NCBI RefSeq assembly: GCF_009914755.1
Contig: NC_060925.1
Source: the human T2T-CHM13v2.0 reference genome, Homo sapiens
DNA length: 64,000 bases
Reading direction: 5' to 3' (one strand)
Notes under the pieces: generated by a model
Seen by the model: only the letters and a program-made list of their open reading frames with translations
Told to the model about the DNA's origin: nothing
Databases searched by the model: none
Position numbers and translations under genes: made by a program
Shown here: positions 1 through 13,347 of the stretch, in pieces
Layout: the number at the start of each line of letters is the position of its first letter
Numbering within the stretch: the stretch's first letter is position 1

Positions 1-630
1 GAGCCAGGAAGTGTAGCTTTCCATATGCTCAGGAAGGGAAAGAGAACTGGGTATTGGTGAGTATCAGAAATGGCTACTACCTAAGCCAATAGTCACTTTG
101 TTTAGAGAGCCTTTTCTGACCAACACTCCTCAGTTTCCAGACTAGGTATGATGTTGCTTTGTTGTGCTTCCCTAGTCCCTTTAAATCTGTTTCTGTATTA
201 GTTAATATACATTATTTTACTGCTTATTTATGTTCCTGCCTTATTACATCTCCTCTCTGCCTAAAACACCCTTGCTCCTATACTTCACCTGGCTAACTTT
301 GACTTACCCTATAGATGTCAGTTCAAATTACTTCCAATAGTCATGAGGAAAAATACAAACTGAATTCCTAGTCCCATAGTTCTTCTTTTAAAAAATTATT
401 CACTAAAGAACTAGGGCTCCTTGTAAGGTATATAGTACCAGATCTTAGGAGAGGACAAAGCAAGAAGTGCCTGATACATCTCATTGCTGTCAAACACTAA
501 AGATGTTTTTGGAAATGCCTAATTAAGTGTTAAAAATAAGACAGTACAGCCTAGAGAGAATAGTCACTGGGCAAAAGGTAACAAATTTGGCATTAAAAAT
601 GATCACAATAATTGGAAGATATTCAATCTG

Positions 631-702
631 TTTTTGTTTTTTGTAGAGACAGGATCTTGCTATGTTGCCCAGACTGGTCTTAAACTCCTAGGCTCGAACA
701 AT
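631..702 (-). mobile_element. Alu monomer fragment (FLAM/AluJ-like)
   Basis: ttgtagagacaggatcttgctatgttgcccagactggtcttaaactcc. Confidence 0.75.
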
Positions 703-727
703 ATTCAGTTTGTTAAAGAAGCTATGA

Positions 728-1116
<389 letters not shown>

Positions 1117-1269
1117 TTAATAAATAGGTATTGAATAAATGAATGAATGAGTTGTCTTTTGATACAAATGGAAAAATGGTAATTTACACAAAATTGTATA
1201 TGAAATAAATAGTTACAACTTGGGGAATATGTTTGCCCATTGTGTAAAAATACACATAATAAGAATTTT

Positions 1270-1585
<316 letters not shown>

Positions 1586-2833
1586 TCAGACATAATAAAA
1601 ATGGATTTGAGCTACAACAGAGACATTTTTATAATCAAAGAAGAAATTTCTGTCTCTACCCATCGTTAAACTCTAGAGTGAGCTTATTGACTAATTTTTC
1701 TGGGGAACCTTTTGTTCCACCTTGTTTGTGTATGTACAATTCTGCCTGAAAACAGGAGAATACAGTGGAACTGAAACTCCTTCAGGCATATGATTCTCCA
1801 AGATGGTTATTTTGAGGCAGTTATAGATATGCATATACTATGTTAGAATCAATTTAGTGGAAACCTGGGTGAGCTTTGTGAATGAACATTTTGTAGGTAA
1901 AATATAATTGCATCAATGTGCAGTTGCACCAGAGATAGGTTCTATAATCATGGGCACCTGGGAAACTTTCAACTGTATATATGGAATTAGCACTAACCCA
2001 GTTTACTGAGGTTTTCTTTGTTATGCCCTATCTTGGAATCTTTTTCTGTGTTAGAAAAAATTTCACCAGCTGAAAAGTATATTAAGAAAAAGATCTGTAC
2101 TCATGTGAAAACTATTCTGGAACAGTGCAGCTTCAAAGGTTGGGTTTCTCTTACTGGGTGAATAAAAGCAAAATGCTGCCCGTAAATGGACAATTGAGTG
2201 CAAAAGCAGAAGGAGTAATGGAATATTACAACCAAAAAAGAAATGGAAGAGCTGGCAAGAGAACTGGGATACAGCAAAATGGAGAAATATAAAATTAGCT
2301 GAAAACAGAGGCAATTGTAGGAACACTCCTTTTGAGTGGGCAGCTCAAATGTTAATGATTCTACAATAAATTCATGCTTTAACTGGAGAATCCTAGGAAT
2401 TTAGATCCAGCAATATATTTGGAAAGGTGTGGGGAAAATTAACTTGAAAACCCACACCTCAGTTGGCTCAGAGGGAATGTGTGAATGTAGAATCTGTGAA
2501 AAGAAGTTTAATATGTTTTTAAAAACTGTCTGCTAAATGAGACCAGATAATTTATGCATTGATGATATGAAGCACCTGTTAGCTCAGTTTCAAAAGCAAT
2601 AATTGTCCAAGGACTGTAATCTATTACTAATCAACTATAAGACTGTTGTCAGGACTGACCTAATTGGATATGGTCTTTAAAAGTACGCCTGAATGCCAGA
2701 TTCAAGTGTAGATTCACAAAAACAGCCTGGAAATGTGCCAGGGGTGGAGCACTCAAGGGGCTAAACTGAAGGGGTAAAACTGAAGTGGATTTATCTAAGA
2801 TGGCAGAAGAATAAAACAAGAATGAACACATAT

Positions 2834-3211
2834 TGCTATGTTTTGAATGTTTGTGTTCCCACCAAATTCAAATGTTGGAATCTAAGACCCAATGCAATAG
2901 TATTAAGAGGTGAGCTTTTAGGAGGTGGTTAAGTTATGAGGGCTGTGCCCTCATGAAAGGGATTAGTGCCCTCATAAAAGGGCTTGAGGGAACTAGCTAG
3001 ACCTTTGTTGCCCTTCCACCTTCTGCCATGTGAGGACACAGCAAGAAGGCGCCATCTTAGAAGCAGAGAGCAGGCCTCACCAGACACTGAATTTGCCAGC
3101 ACCTTGATCTTGGGCTTCTCAGCCTCCAGAGCTGTGAGCAATAAATTTCTGTCTTTTATAAATTACCCAGGCTCTGGTATTTTGTCATAGCAGCACAAAA
3201 GAACTAATACA
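2834..3211 (+). mobile_element. MaLR solo LTR (MST/MLT1A group, MSTD-like)
   Basis: TG...CA ends, tgctatg..tgaatgtttgtg start, AATAAA, ...ctaataca end; flanks catat/tatat. Confidence 0.85.
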
Positions 3212-3254
3212 TATATCAAAGTTTGTAGCAGATTCTAAATATCAAAAGACAATT

Positions 3255-3712
3255 TGTCTCAGTTCAAATCCTCCAAGAAGCAAGGCACCAAGAAAGAATG
3301 AGATGGGTAGGTGATTTATTGGGGGAAATGCCTGTGAAGAATAAAGGGGAGAGGGAGCAAGAGTAGGGGGGGTGTCACAAAATACAAGTCTGACTCTTGT
3401 ACAAGGAGAGAAGAAAGGAAGGAGGATCTTGTAGAAAGAGCCCTAGACTGCAGTGCAGCCAGGCCAATGGCAAGTGTGCCCCAGCATGGAATGTTCATTA
3501 CAGCAGTCATGCACTGTGGAGCAATGACCCAGTGCTAGTGTCCTCACTGTGCTCTGTCATTAGCTAGGAGCACCCTGGGGACAGTATGGCTTTAGCATGA
3601 ATGCTGTGCCAGGTCAGAACATGCAGCAGCTAGATGTCGTCAGCTAGCTGTGTTCTTCACAGCAGGTTCTTTGGAAGGGACATCAGAGTGGCACACCACA
3701 CGGCTGCTATGG
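3255..3712 (-). mobile_element. LTR16-like 3' LTR of ERVL-class provirus
   Basis: Colinear similarity with 8404-8873 (ctgtgaa..ataaag..gagag, ctgcagtgcagc, tgaatgctg, gaaggga.at). Confidence 0.65.
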
Positions 3713-4487
3713 CTTAACCTTGTGTCACACACATACATGTTCCCACACATGTTTATAGAGAAATCCTCCATGGTTCCTTTGAGCCTCTCTTCCTGAGAGG
3801 AAACTTCCAAGAGGGAGGCTGGCAGCAAAAACAACACCCCTAGAAGCTGCAGCTGATCTCAGAACTGTAACTGGTATTCATTTTCTCCCTCCTCCACTGT
3901 CCTTTCTAAATCCCTCTCACTCTCAATCACCTCTGCCTTTCCTGGTGGCTTACCTGGTGGTATGACCCAAAGTTCCATGCCTGAGGGATCTGATTCCTTG
4001 GTCATCACACCTTGTCAGGCTAATATGTCCATTCACGTGTCTATTCATAATTATAATTAGGCAATGCAGCACCAAGAGGTGCCCAAGCAGATTGTATTAT
4101 GGAAATGCAGCCCTACTTCCTCCTGCTTTCCTGAGTCTATTGCCCTGGCTAAGATTGTTACTTCTCTTCTTTCCTGCTTGTCTCTGGACACAAGGAGTCC
4201 AAAATGCTCTGGAAGCAGCCATTGTTGTGGTTAAGTGGGACCTGTTCCATCCCTCTGGCAAGAGTGTGCTTCTTTGGGGATGAGAACCTCACCCCTCTGA
4301 GCTCAGAGTTGTGGGGACAGGAAGCAAAAAGTTCTCCAGTAGGTCATTGAGAGTGATGATAAGTGGGTCACAACTGCTTCTACTCTCAGGTTCCTATACT
4401 CATGTATTCTTTCGTTTGGAGACTCAGTGCCAGATGGAAGTCTCTGGTTTAATGCAAATACTGTACCCTGAATAATGTCACCCCACC

Positions 4488-4933
4488 TGTCTTAGTCTGT
4501 TTTGTGTTGCTATAACAGAATACTTGAGGCTGGGTAATTTTTAAAGAAAAGAGGTTTATTTGACTCATCATTCTGGTGCTGGGAGGTTGAAGATTGGGCA
4601 GCTGCATCTGGTGAGGGCCTCAGACTGCTGCAACTCATGGCAGAAAATGGAAGGGGAGTGGGCATGTTCAAAGAGATCACATGGTAAGACAGGAAGCAGG
4701 AGACAGAAACCGAGGAAGCCAGACTCCTTTAACAACCCACTCTCAGGAACTAATCCATTCCCTCAAGAGCAAGAACTCACTCACCCTCAAGGGAGGGCAT
4801 TAATCTATTCGTAAGCTATCTGCCCCTATGACCCAAACACCTTCTACAAGGCCCCACCTCCCAATACTGCCACATTAGGGATCCAATTTCAACATGGGTT
4901 TTGATGGGGATGAACCACATCCAAACCATAGCA
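4488..4933 (-). mobile_element. MST-family MaLR solo LTR nested in the ERVL
   Basis: tgtcttagtctgttttgtgttgctataacagaatac ... ccaaaccatagca termini. Confidence 0.85.
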
Positions 4934-6464
4934 CTATCCTTCAGATTATTGCCTGAGTTGGTTCTTCAGCTGTGCTTCAGTGAACTCTTCCAACACTTGA
5001 TGCGGCTGGCTACGTTGAGATGGTGAAGGATCAGTGGATTCCATGGTCAAGGGCTCACTCTTGCACCTTCTTCACTTTAAAGCGATTTCCCTGGTCAAAT
5101 GGCATGTTATGTGGAATTCTGTGCCTGCGAATCATGTATTCTATACATCATTGGATAATTAATGCTGGCTGCAGCTCTTCAGGCAGCAAAGGCAAACCCA
5201 GATATAGTGTTTATCACTCTGAGCCTGAACCACTGGCCTTTCTAGGACAGAAGAGCTCAATAGCACCAAATAGCTATTGGTCTTCTTGAGGAATAGTGTG
5301 ATATCAGGTCTCAGTGTTGGTTTCTGTTGCTGATAGACTGCATATCCTGAGGCAGAAGTAGTTAGACTGGCCTAAGTAAGGAGGGATTCATTGATAGGGC
5401 CCATCTTTGCTACTACAGCCATTCCATTAATGTGCCCATTGTTCCAAATCTAGAATGGCCATTGCTGATGGCTAGCTAATGTCAACTGGCCGAGTCATTT
5501 TGACTATTTGGTTTTTCAGTGCCTTTTCCAAAATGAGTACTTTCTAGGGGCATTAACATGTAACACAAAATAATCTTCTCATTTTATGTTCACTCCCTAT
5601 GTCTATCCACATGCTTCTGTGGCAGACTTCCTCATGTCTCATCTTCCAGTGGTAAGACTGCTTGAACTGCAGCCTGAGCCCTCAGAGCTCCTTTTGGCTC
5701 CAATTTCTACCCAAAGCTGGCTGCCTTCCATATCACCCAGTTCACAGGCTGAAACTGTATTAGTTCCAATATTAAGTGTGGACAGGGTTGCCTCCAGAAC
5801 TCCGAGAAGTCCAACAGGTGTTGTGCTTCCTTATTCTTAGTAGGAGACATAAGATGCAGCAAGTTGTCTTTTACCTTGGAGGAGAAGTCTTGGGCCTGGC
5901 CCTGGTCACTGAATTCTTAAAAACTTTACTGAAGTGGCAGGTCCCGGGTTCTATAGAGGTCTTATCTCCTGCCTTCTAGATCTCATGTACCTTCTCAAGG
6001 CCTCCAGCATATAAGCCACCTCTTGCTAGTCCTGCATTATATCACTGATCAGCATTATATCACTGATGTATTGGATCAATGTGATGCTACAGACTCTTTA
6101 AACTAGATGATGACAGAGGGCAGCATGAATATAGCCCAGAGGACAAAACTGTAAATTAATCTTGTCCAGTTCATGCCAATGTGAACTGTTTCGGATCCTC
6201 TTTTCTGATTGGAATAGATAAGAATACAATCACCAAATCAATGGCAGCATACTCTAGAGCTGAGGCCTGATAGATTTACCATCAACATCATGTCTCACAC
6301 AGCAACGATGACTGGAGCTACTACTTGGTTGAGCATGTGGAAATCTATAGTCATTCTCTAGAATCCATGTGGTTTCTATAGATGTCAGATTGGAGACTTC
6401 AATGAAGTCAATGGAGGTATGATTGGGACCACCCCTATGCATGCTTTAAATCTTTAATGGTGGT

Positions 6465-6501
6465 TGGATTAGTCAGGGCTCTCCAGAGCAACAAAACCAA
6501 T

Positions 6502-6551
<50 letters not shown>

Positions 6552-6984
6552 TGTGGAGAGAGAAAGAGAGAGAGTTTTTTTTTTTTTAACAAATTGGCCC
6601 ATATGATTGTGGAAGCTTGATTAATCCAAAATCTGATGAGAGAGGCTGGCAGGCTAGTGATCCAGGAAAGAGTCCCAGTTCAAGTCTGAAGGCAGTCTGC
6701 TGGCAAGCTAGGAAGAGAAAATGTTGCAGATGAAGTCTGAACAAAGTCTATTGTCAGAATTTGCTCTTGCTCTGAAAAGGTCAGTTTTTTGTTCTATTAG
6801 GGCCCTCAACTGATTGGATGAAGCCCACTCACATTATGGATGGCAATGTGTTTTACTTAAAGTCCACTGATTTAAATATAAATCTCACCTAAAAACACTC
6901 TCACAAAGATATCTGGAATAATATTTGACCAAATATCTGTGCACTGTGGCCCAGCCGAGTTGACACATAAAGTTATCCATCACA
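6465..6984 (-). mobile_element. MLT2 solo LTR nested in the ERVL
   Basis: attagtcagggctctccagag ... tgacacataaagttatccatcaca; perfect 5-bp TSD gtggt (6460-6464, 6985-6989). Confidence 0.88.
6507..6550. repeat. (GT)22 microsatellite inside MLT2
   Basis: Direct read. Confidence 0.97.
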
Positions 6985-8403
6985 GTGGTATTAATGTCTG
7001 TCATCATTTCTGGGATGCAACATTATTTTTGATTCACTATCTTTGCTCAGGAAAGTGGTTGTTTCAAAGGCTTCCTCTTGGCCTTCCATGGTATGATGGT
7101 TCTTACCCCACTAGCTAAGGATCTACATGATAAACCCCAAATCTAACAGGGGCCCCTGAGATACTTTAAGTCTTCAGGCATCAATGTCAGCTCAGACAGT
7201 GTGTCCAAAGCCCTCTACATGTGTTTATTCTTCTTTCTTCAATGCATAGTCACATAAGTAAATGGGTGCAGGTCCCTTTGGGGCAAGACTGGGGAAATCA
7301 CTATAGTTTATACTCATGGTGTTGCACAGTGCTTCCTTAGAAACAGCCACCTCTCAATCACTGCATTCTGGGTCTGAAAATCATCTCAGATGCAGGAACT
7401 GAAGGGTGAATTATGAATTTTTATTGGCACGACCACCTTTGTCCTGCTGCCTTCTCTGTTCTTGCCTGTTTCTGATGATAGATGTTAAATGCCAATCTCT
7501 TTGGCTGCCCTTCTATCTTTCCCCTGGAGACACCAGATTCTGTAAGTCATTTCCACAACTTCTTGTGGGTCATGCCCCTTGACAGCTATTCCAATATTGC
7601 TGGCAGTTACAATCATGGCAGCCCTCTGACTTCTGGCAGTTAAGCATTGTTACCTGGCCTCTACCTTCTTGGGGTACTATTGTCCCTATTGCTATTACTG
7701 AACCCAACTCTGTGACAGCTTCGGCTCTGGCCCATAAGGAGAGCCACCACTAAACTTCTTACTGATGCTGGTGTCCCTCTCACCAATGCATTCCTGATGG
7801 CCTTGGGGAATAATGTGTTATCTGAGCTGTGCTGCGGAACATAGTGTGGAATGCTGTGGTTTTCTGGCCTTGCATTATGAATCCACTTCCAGCAACCTTT
7901 ATATTTTTCTTCCTCTACCATTTGCCATGGCAACTCCAGTATTTCCAGTTCACTCAAAATAGGCCATCACTGCCTCTAGGCTTCTGGAGAGCTACTATAC
8001 AGTGAGTTTGCCCCATCTTGGGGGTAGAGATGGGGTTTTCCTTGCAATGATGTTAAACTCCTTGACCCAAGAAAGTGCTCCAAGTTAAACAACCTCTCTG
8101 TCTCTCATACTTTGCCTTTTACTGTTTCATTATTTCTCAGTTTCTCATCCCTCTGCAGGAATCCATAGAACTTGAGATAATCAGCCAATAGCACCATTCT
8201 TGTAGACATCATTCTCCTCATATCTCCCAAGTGCCTAAATATTTACATTAGCAAATCTGCTCCCCTCCACCAGGATGCATTCCCAAGCAGTATTCATTTC
8301 TCACATTCCACTCGGGATCAGATCCTCCTTGCCAGCCAGACATGAGTGAGCAGTCCCCAACTCTAATTTTACTGCCTGCTTTCTCAGGCCGTTTTTTGCC
8401 AAG

Positions 8404-8873
8404 TGTGTCAACTGATAGCCTCTGAGTAGCAGACACCAAGCCAAAATAATATGTGAAAACAATTTTGGTGAAAACATCTGTGAAAGATAAAGAGGAGAGG
8501 AGCAGGAGTAGGTGGGGAGAGATTTCAAACCACAAGGCAGGTGTGACACTTGTGAAAGAAAAGAGGGAAGGAGAAAAAATGGGGTAGGAAGAGCTCCAGG
8601 CTGCAGTGCAGCTCTGAGAAGTCTTGACCAGGTGATTGGGAAGGCCTCTTGCAAAGGCCGTCCATTAGAAGAAGCTTCTGTCAGGCAGAAATGGCCCAGC
8701 AATAGTACTCCACTGTACTCAGGTATTGCCTGGGAGCAGTGTTGGGGAGAGGGGAGAGAGGCCTGAGTATGAATGCTGCAGATCTGTAGGTACAGCCACT
8801 AGCTGGAGGCTGCTGGCCAACTACACTCAGACGGCGTGTTCTCTAGAAGGGAGATCTGAAGGGTACACCTACA
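8404..8873 (-). mobile_element. LTR16-like 5' LTR of ERVL-class provirus
   Basis: Same orientation as and similar to 3255-3712; lies upstream of gag on the minus strand. Confidence 0.65.
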
Positions 8874-10144
8874 CAATCAAGTCTAAGTGGCAGGAGCAGT
8901 AAATTAAGCCAAGGCCAGGAAGCCAGCTGGAAAATGGGATGGGAGCCTGCAAAGGGGCTCCCATTGTAGGTAATAAGCAAAGGCATGCGCAAATTCTACC
9001 TTTATTTACATGTGCATGGCTGTAGTGGGTGGGTTTAGTGTATGGGTGTATGGACTGGTTTAATGTTACAACAAGCATGAAGGAGTTCATGTGAGTACAT
9101 GGACAGCCATGAGAAATGTGCATTGATAAGGAAGGAGACAAAAAAAATCTATAAAAAGCAGACACAAGAATAAAGAGGGTATAGCTTTATGGAGCCATTT
9201 AATATACGAAAAAATCACACTATAATCCTCAGTATACCCAGAGGGCAATCACTGTATTACTGGAATCATCACGAAAGGGCAATTCAAGTTGAATATCATC
9301 TATTTCAGGAGGTAAATATGTACACCTTAATATGTGTTATTTTAAAAGAGTTTCAACAAAATGGTTTTTAATGTCACATGCTTAAATGGTAAGTCCCTCC
9401 ATCCTATACAAAATTTTTATAATTTAAAAAGACTTATTTCCCTGCTGGATAGCTGGGTTGTACTTTATTACCTTTCAAACATTCATGCTGCCTGCTCCAT
9501 GGTTTTTTCTATAATTTTATAGCTTCCATTCTGCCAGTTTTATAAATTACATTTCTGATAGAAAGTACACTACTCTCTTAGACTGCCACAATTCAGAAAG
9601 CAAGTGCCAAAAGAAACTAAACTTTAATGTCCAAGAGAACAATTCTTTTTGTGTCATTTCATACAATTCAAGGTTCAAGGGAAATGTTCGTGGTTTGCAT
9701 ATTTATAATTTTTATAATACCTTCCATAACTGTACAAATAAAAATAAATGTAAATCTGTATCAGAGTAAGGGCTTAAAATATTTTTAAGGTATGTTTAGA
9801 TTATGACAAGTGAAAAGTCTATGAGTGACACTCTGTGGCTAAATTTAAACTAAGAAAAGTCATTTGTATTAAGTAACATCATTTAGTTGTAAGTACTCAC
9901 AGGCACTGTGTTTTATGGCATAAAGTTAGATATGAGGCCATGACTGCAGTTAAATTTTGAATAGCAGAAATTTAATTCCTCTGTTATCATCAGCACCACC
10001 ATCAATTCATCTTCCTCATCATCGTTACTATTACTATATACTTATATATAAATAATAATATTTATACTACTACTACTATCATCACATCTATACTTTCACA
10101 TTCCCCTTGGTGGCTCTAAATCTGAAAGCAGTAAGAAAAGCAGA

Positions 10145-10312
10145 GAATGTGGGAACAGACCTGGGTTTGAGTTCTAAATTTGCTTCATACTGGCTGTATG
10201 ACTTTAGGCAGTTTTCTTAACTTCATTATGTCAGGAGACTTGTTTATAATGCAGGGATAATAATACCCACTCCAAACAGTGCTTGTGAGAATTAAATATA
10301 TGTAAATCACCT
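10145..10312 (+). mobile_element. MIR
   Basis: agacctgggtttgagttc...ggctgtatgactttaggca...ataataatacccac...gtgagaattaaa core. Confidence 0.7.
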
Positions 10313-10527
10313 ATGAAGACAACAAATTTTAATGTCCTGCTAAAATCTCCCCACTATCAGAGGATGATTCCTTCTGCTTCTGGAGAAAATTAGAATGTTT
10401 AAAGTTTATTGAACTTTTTTTTAATAGGTCACTCTCCCTATTCTCTCCCCTTCAATAAACACGCTTGTTTATTGAAGTTGCTCTCATTCAAAGGCACCAG
10501 AAGCTTCCTAATGGCCAAATCCAGTTA

Positions 10528-11583
10528 TAGTCATGCACTGCTTAATGACGTTTCAGTCAACAATGAACCACATGTAGGAAGGTGGTCCCATAAGATTATA
10601 ATGGAGCTGAAAAATTCCTACCACCTAGTGATGTCCCAGCTGTCCTACAGTCATAATACAATGCATTACACATGTGTTTGTGGTGATGCTGTTGTAAATA
10701 AACATACTCCTCAAGAAGAGCCCCAGGCAGGTCCTTCGGGAGGTATTCCAGAAGAAGGCATTGCTGTCATAGGAGATGACAGCTCCACGCCTGTTATTGC
10801 CCTGAAGATCTTCCAGTGGGACAAGATGTGTGGGCAGAAGACAGCGGTATTGATAATTCTGCTCCTGAGGAGGCCTAGGCTGTTGTGTGTGTTTGTGTTT
10901 TTAAAAACACTTAAAAAGTAGAATAAATAAATAAATTTTAAATAGAAAAAAGCTTACAGAATAAGGATATAAAGAAATATTTTTTGTATAGCTGTACCAT
11001 GTGTTGTTTTAAGCTAAGTGTGTTACAAGAGAGTAAAAAGGTTAAACAATTTTAAAGTTTATAAAGTAAAATAGTTATAGTAAGCTAAGTCTATTATCAA
11101 AGAAAGAAAATTAAAAAAATTAGTGTAGCCTAAGTATACAGTAGTTATAAAGCCTACAGTGTACAGTCATGTCCTAGGCCTTCACATTCACTCACCTCCC
11201 ATCACTCACTCACCCAGAGCTTCCAGTCTTGCAAGCTCTATGCATGGCGAGTGCCCTATACAGGTATGCCATTTTCTTATCCTTTATATCATATATTTGC
11301 TGTATTTTCTCCTTGTTTAAATATGTTTAGATACACAAATACTTACCATTGTGTTATAATAGCTTACAGTATTCAGTATGGTAACATGTTGTACAAGTTT
11401 GTAGCCTAGGAGCAATAGTCTATGCCATATACCCTAGGTGTGGAGTAGGTTACCATATATACCTAGGGTATACCATATACCCTAGGTTTGTGTATGTACA
11501 TTCTGTGATGTTTCCACAGCAATGAAATTGCCTGATGATGCATTTCTCAGAACATATCTCCTTCGTGAAGAGATGCATGATTG
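10528..11583 (+). mobile_element. Tigger3-type (MER7/Golem) non-autonomous DNA transposon
   Basis: Degenerate TIRs tagtcatgcactgcttaatgac / cgtgaagagatgcatgattg with TA on both sides; internal ggtggtcccataagattataatggagctg. Confidence 0.88.
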
Positions 11584-12232
11584 TATCTCCTTTATAGTCC
11601 TCATTCTATTTGTCCTCTCTGCTGCATGGATGTATTAACCACTCTCCTTGAAACTTTTTGTTCCTTGGCTTCTCTGAAGCCACTCTTTCTTTGTTCATTT
11701 CCTTTTTTCCCCTTTGATTTTGGGTTTTTTAAATAGTGGGTATGACACGGATTGCAAGGTAAGTAGCAGAAAGCAGTGAATGGTAAGTTGGTTCTGCTTC
11801 TGATCCAAGAAGGAAGTCAAAGACATTCAAGGTCAATACTGTGAAGACACAGAAACCAAGGAGGTGATGTGCCAGAAGCTATCATGGGAAGCTGGGGCCA
11901 AGGATTAGGAGCTGAACACCAATAAGGTACGAGGAGACAGGAATACAGGGAACAATACCTAATGTAATCCAACTAGTTTTGCCTGAAATCTCTTTCATTT
12001 TTACCTGGCTGTCATTTTGTGGGCTGGGCACATAAACAGTACAAGCAGAATCTTAACGAAAGTGCCAAATACTTTCTACTTCCTTTCCTCTCTGGCCTCT
12101 AAGTTGGTCCCTATAGTCCTATTTCTTGGACTTCTCTATCAATCTACAGACTTAGCTTGGATGATCTCATCCAGCCTCATTTTTTAACTACCATGTTCTC
12201 CTACAGTTTCTAAAGTGTCTTCCGGGTCTAGC

Positions 12233-12403
12233 TTTTTTTTTTTTTTTTTTTTTTTTGAGACAGGGTCTCACTCTATCACCCAGGCTGGAGCACCGTGGTG
12301 TGATCATGGCTCACTGCAGCCTCGACCTCCCAGGTTCAAGCAATCCTTCTGCCTCAGCCTCCTGAGTAGCTGTGACTATACGTATGGGCCACCACACTAA
12401 TCT
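12233..12403 (-). mobile_element. Alu right-arm monomer (FRAM/AluJ-like)
   Basis: Poly(T) then gagacagggtctcactc...cctcagcctcctgagtagct. Confidence 0.85.
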
Positions 12404-12586
12404 TTTGGGTCTTTTTAATCTATATGCCCTGTAATATTTGAAGCTCGGATGCCTAAATCGAGTTTGGTAATATGACTTTCTAAATTGCTACCTCTTTCAG
12501 TTGCAGCATCACCACCCATGCAATCTCTTATATAAGAAAGCATAATATATCATTTTCTTTGCTGACATCCAATAGGTCACGAAGAG

Positions 12587-12726
12587 TTTTATTTTTTTTT
12601 AATTTTTGTAGAGATAGAGTCTCCCTTTGTTACCTAGGCTGGTCTCAAACGCCTATCCTCAAGACATCCTCCCACCTCGGCATTCCAAAGTGTTGGGATT
12701 ACAGGCGTGAGCCACTGGGCCTGGCC
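12587..12726 (-). mobile_element. Alu left-arm monomer (FLAM-like)
   Basis: ttgtagagatagagtctc...gggattacaggcgtgagccac...ggcc. Confidence 0.85.
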
Positions 12727-12841
12727 TAAGATTTTTAAAAATACTTATTTATTATAATTATTAATATTTCGACATGACTGTCTTTTGTCTAGCCCTTGAG
12801 CTAAGCGCTCTGCTATCCCTTTATAGATAGTACCTCATCTT

Positions 12842-13100
12842 GGCTGGGAGCAGTGGCTCACACCTGTAATCCTAGCACTTTGGGAGGCTAAGACAGGCAG
12901 ATGGCTTGAGCTCAGGAGCTTGAGGCAGCCTGGGCAACATGGCAAAACCCTAACTCTACAAAAAATCAGCACATGCTTGTAGTCCCAGCTACTTAGGGAG
13001 CTAAAGCGGGAGGATCGCTTGACCCAGGAGGTCAAGGATGCAGTGAGCTGTGATAGTGCTACTGCACTCCAGCCTGGGTAACAAAGTGAGACTCTGTCTC

Positions 13101-13102
<2 letters not shown>
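12842..13102 (+). mobile_element. AluJ-like
   Basis: Dimer with J-type gaggatcgcttga; tail replaced by (AGAT)n. Confidence 0.9.

Positions 13103-13142
<40 letters not shown>
13103..13142. repeat. (AGAT)10 tetranucleotide STR
   Basis: Direct read. Confidence 0.97.
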
Positions 13143-13145
<3 letters not shown>

Positions 13146-13267
13146 ATCTCATCTAATCTTCAAAACATCCTTTAATGATAGCCTTACAGGTTTTGTTATC
13201 ATCTCTGTTTTAGAGAGAAAGAGTCTAAGGCTCAGCATATTTAAAATAGTCTTTCATGCTTTAAATA

Positions 13268-13347
13268 TTAGGTTGGTGCACAAGTAATTGTGGTTTTTGC
13301 CATTTAAAGTAATGGCAAAAACCACAATCACCTGTGCATCAACCTAA
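13268..13347. mobile_element. MADE1 mariner MITE (80 bp)
   Basis: 37-bp inverted arms ttaggttggtgcacaagtaattgtggtttttgccatt / aatggcaaaaaccacaatcacctgtgcatcaacctaa with 6-bp spacer; TA on left flank. Confidence 0.93.

Larger units (their letters stand above)
3713..8403 (-). mobile_element. Degenerate ERVL-class internal region (gag-pol), interrupted by nested LTRs
   Basis: Minus-strand remnants: gag-like FPKAIRNALVRGTPASVRSLVVALL (~7740-7815), RT-like YAAIDLVIVFLSIPIRKEDPKQFT (~6180-6255) and ITLIQYISDIML (~6050-6085), integrase-like VQE*ALDHGIH (~5035-5067); many stops and frameshifts. Confidence 0.8.

Noticed and set aside
10409-10921. 170-aa ORF
   Set aside because: Lies mostly in the non-autonomous Tigger3 element; non-ATG start, no recognisable domain.
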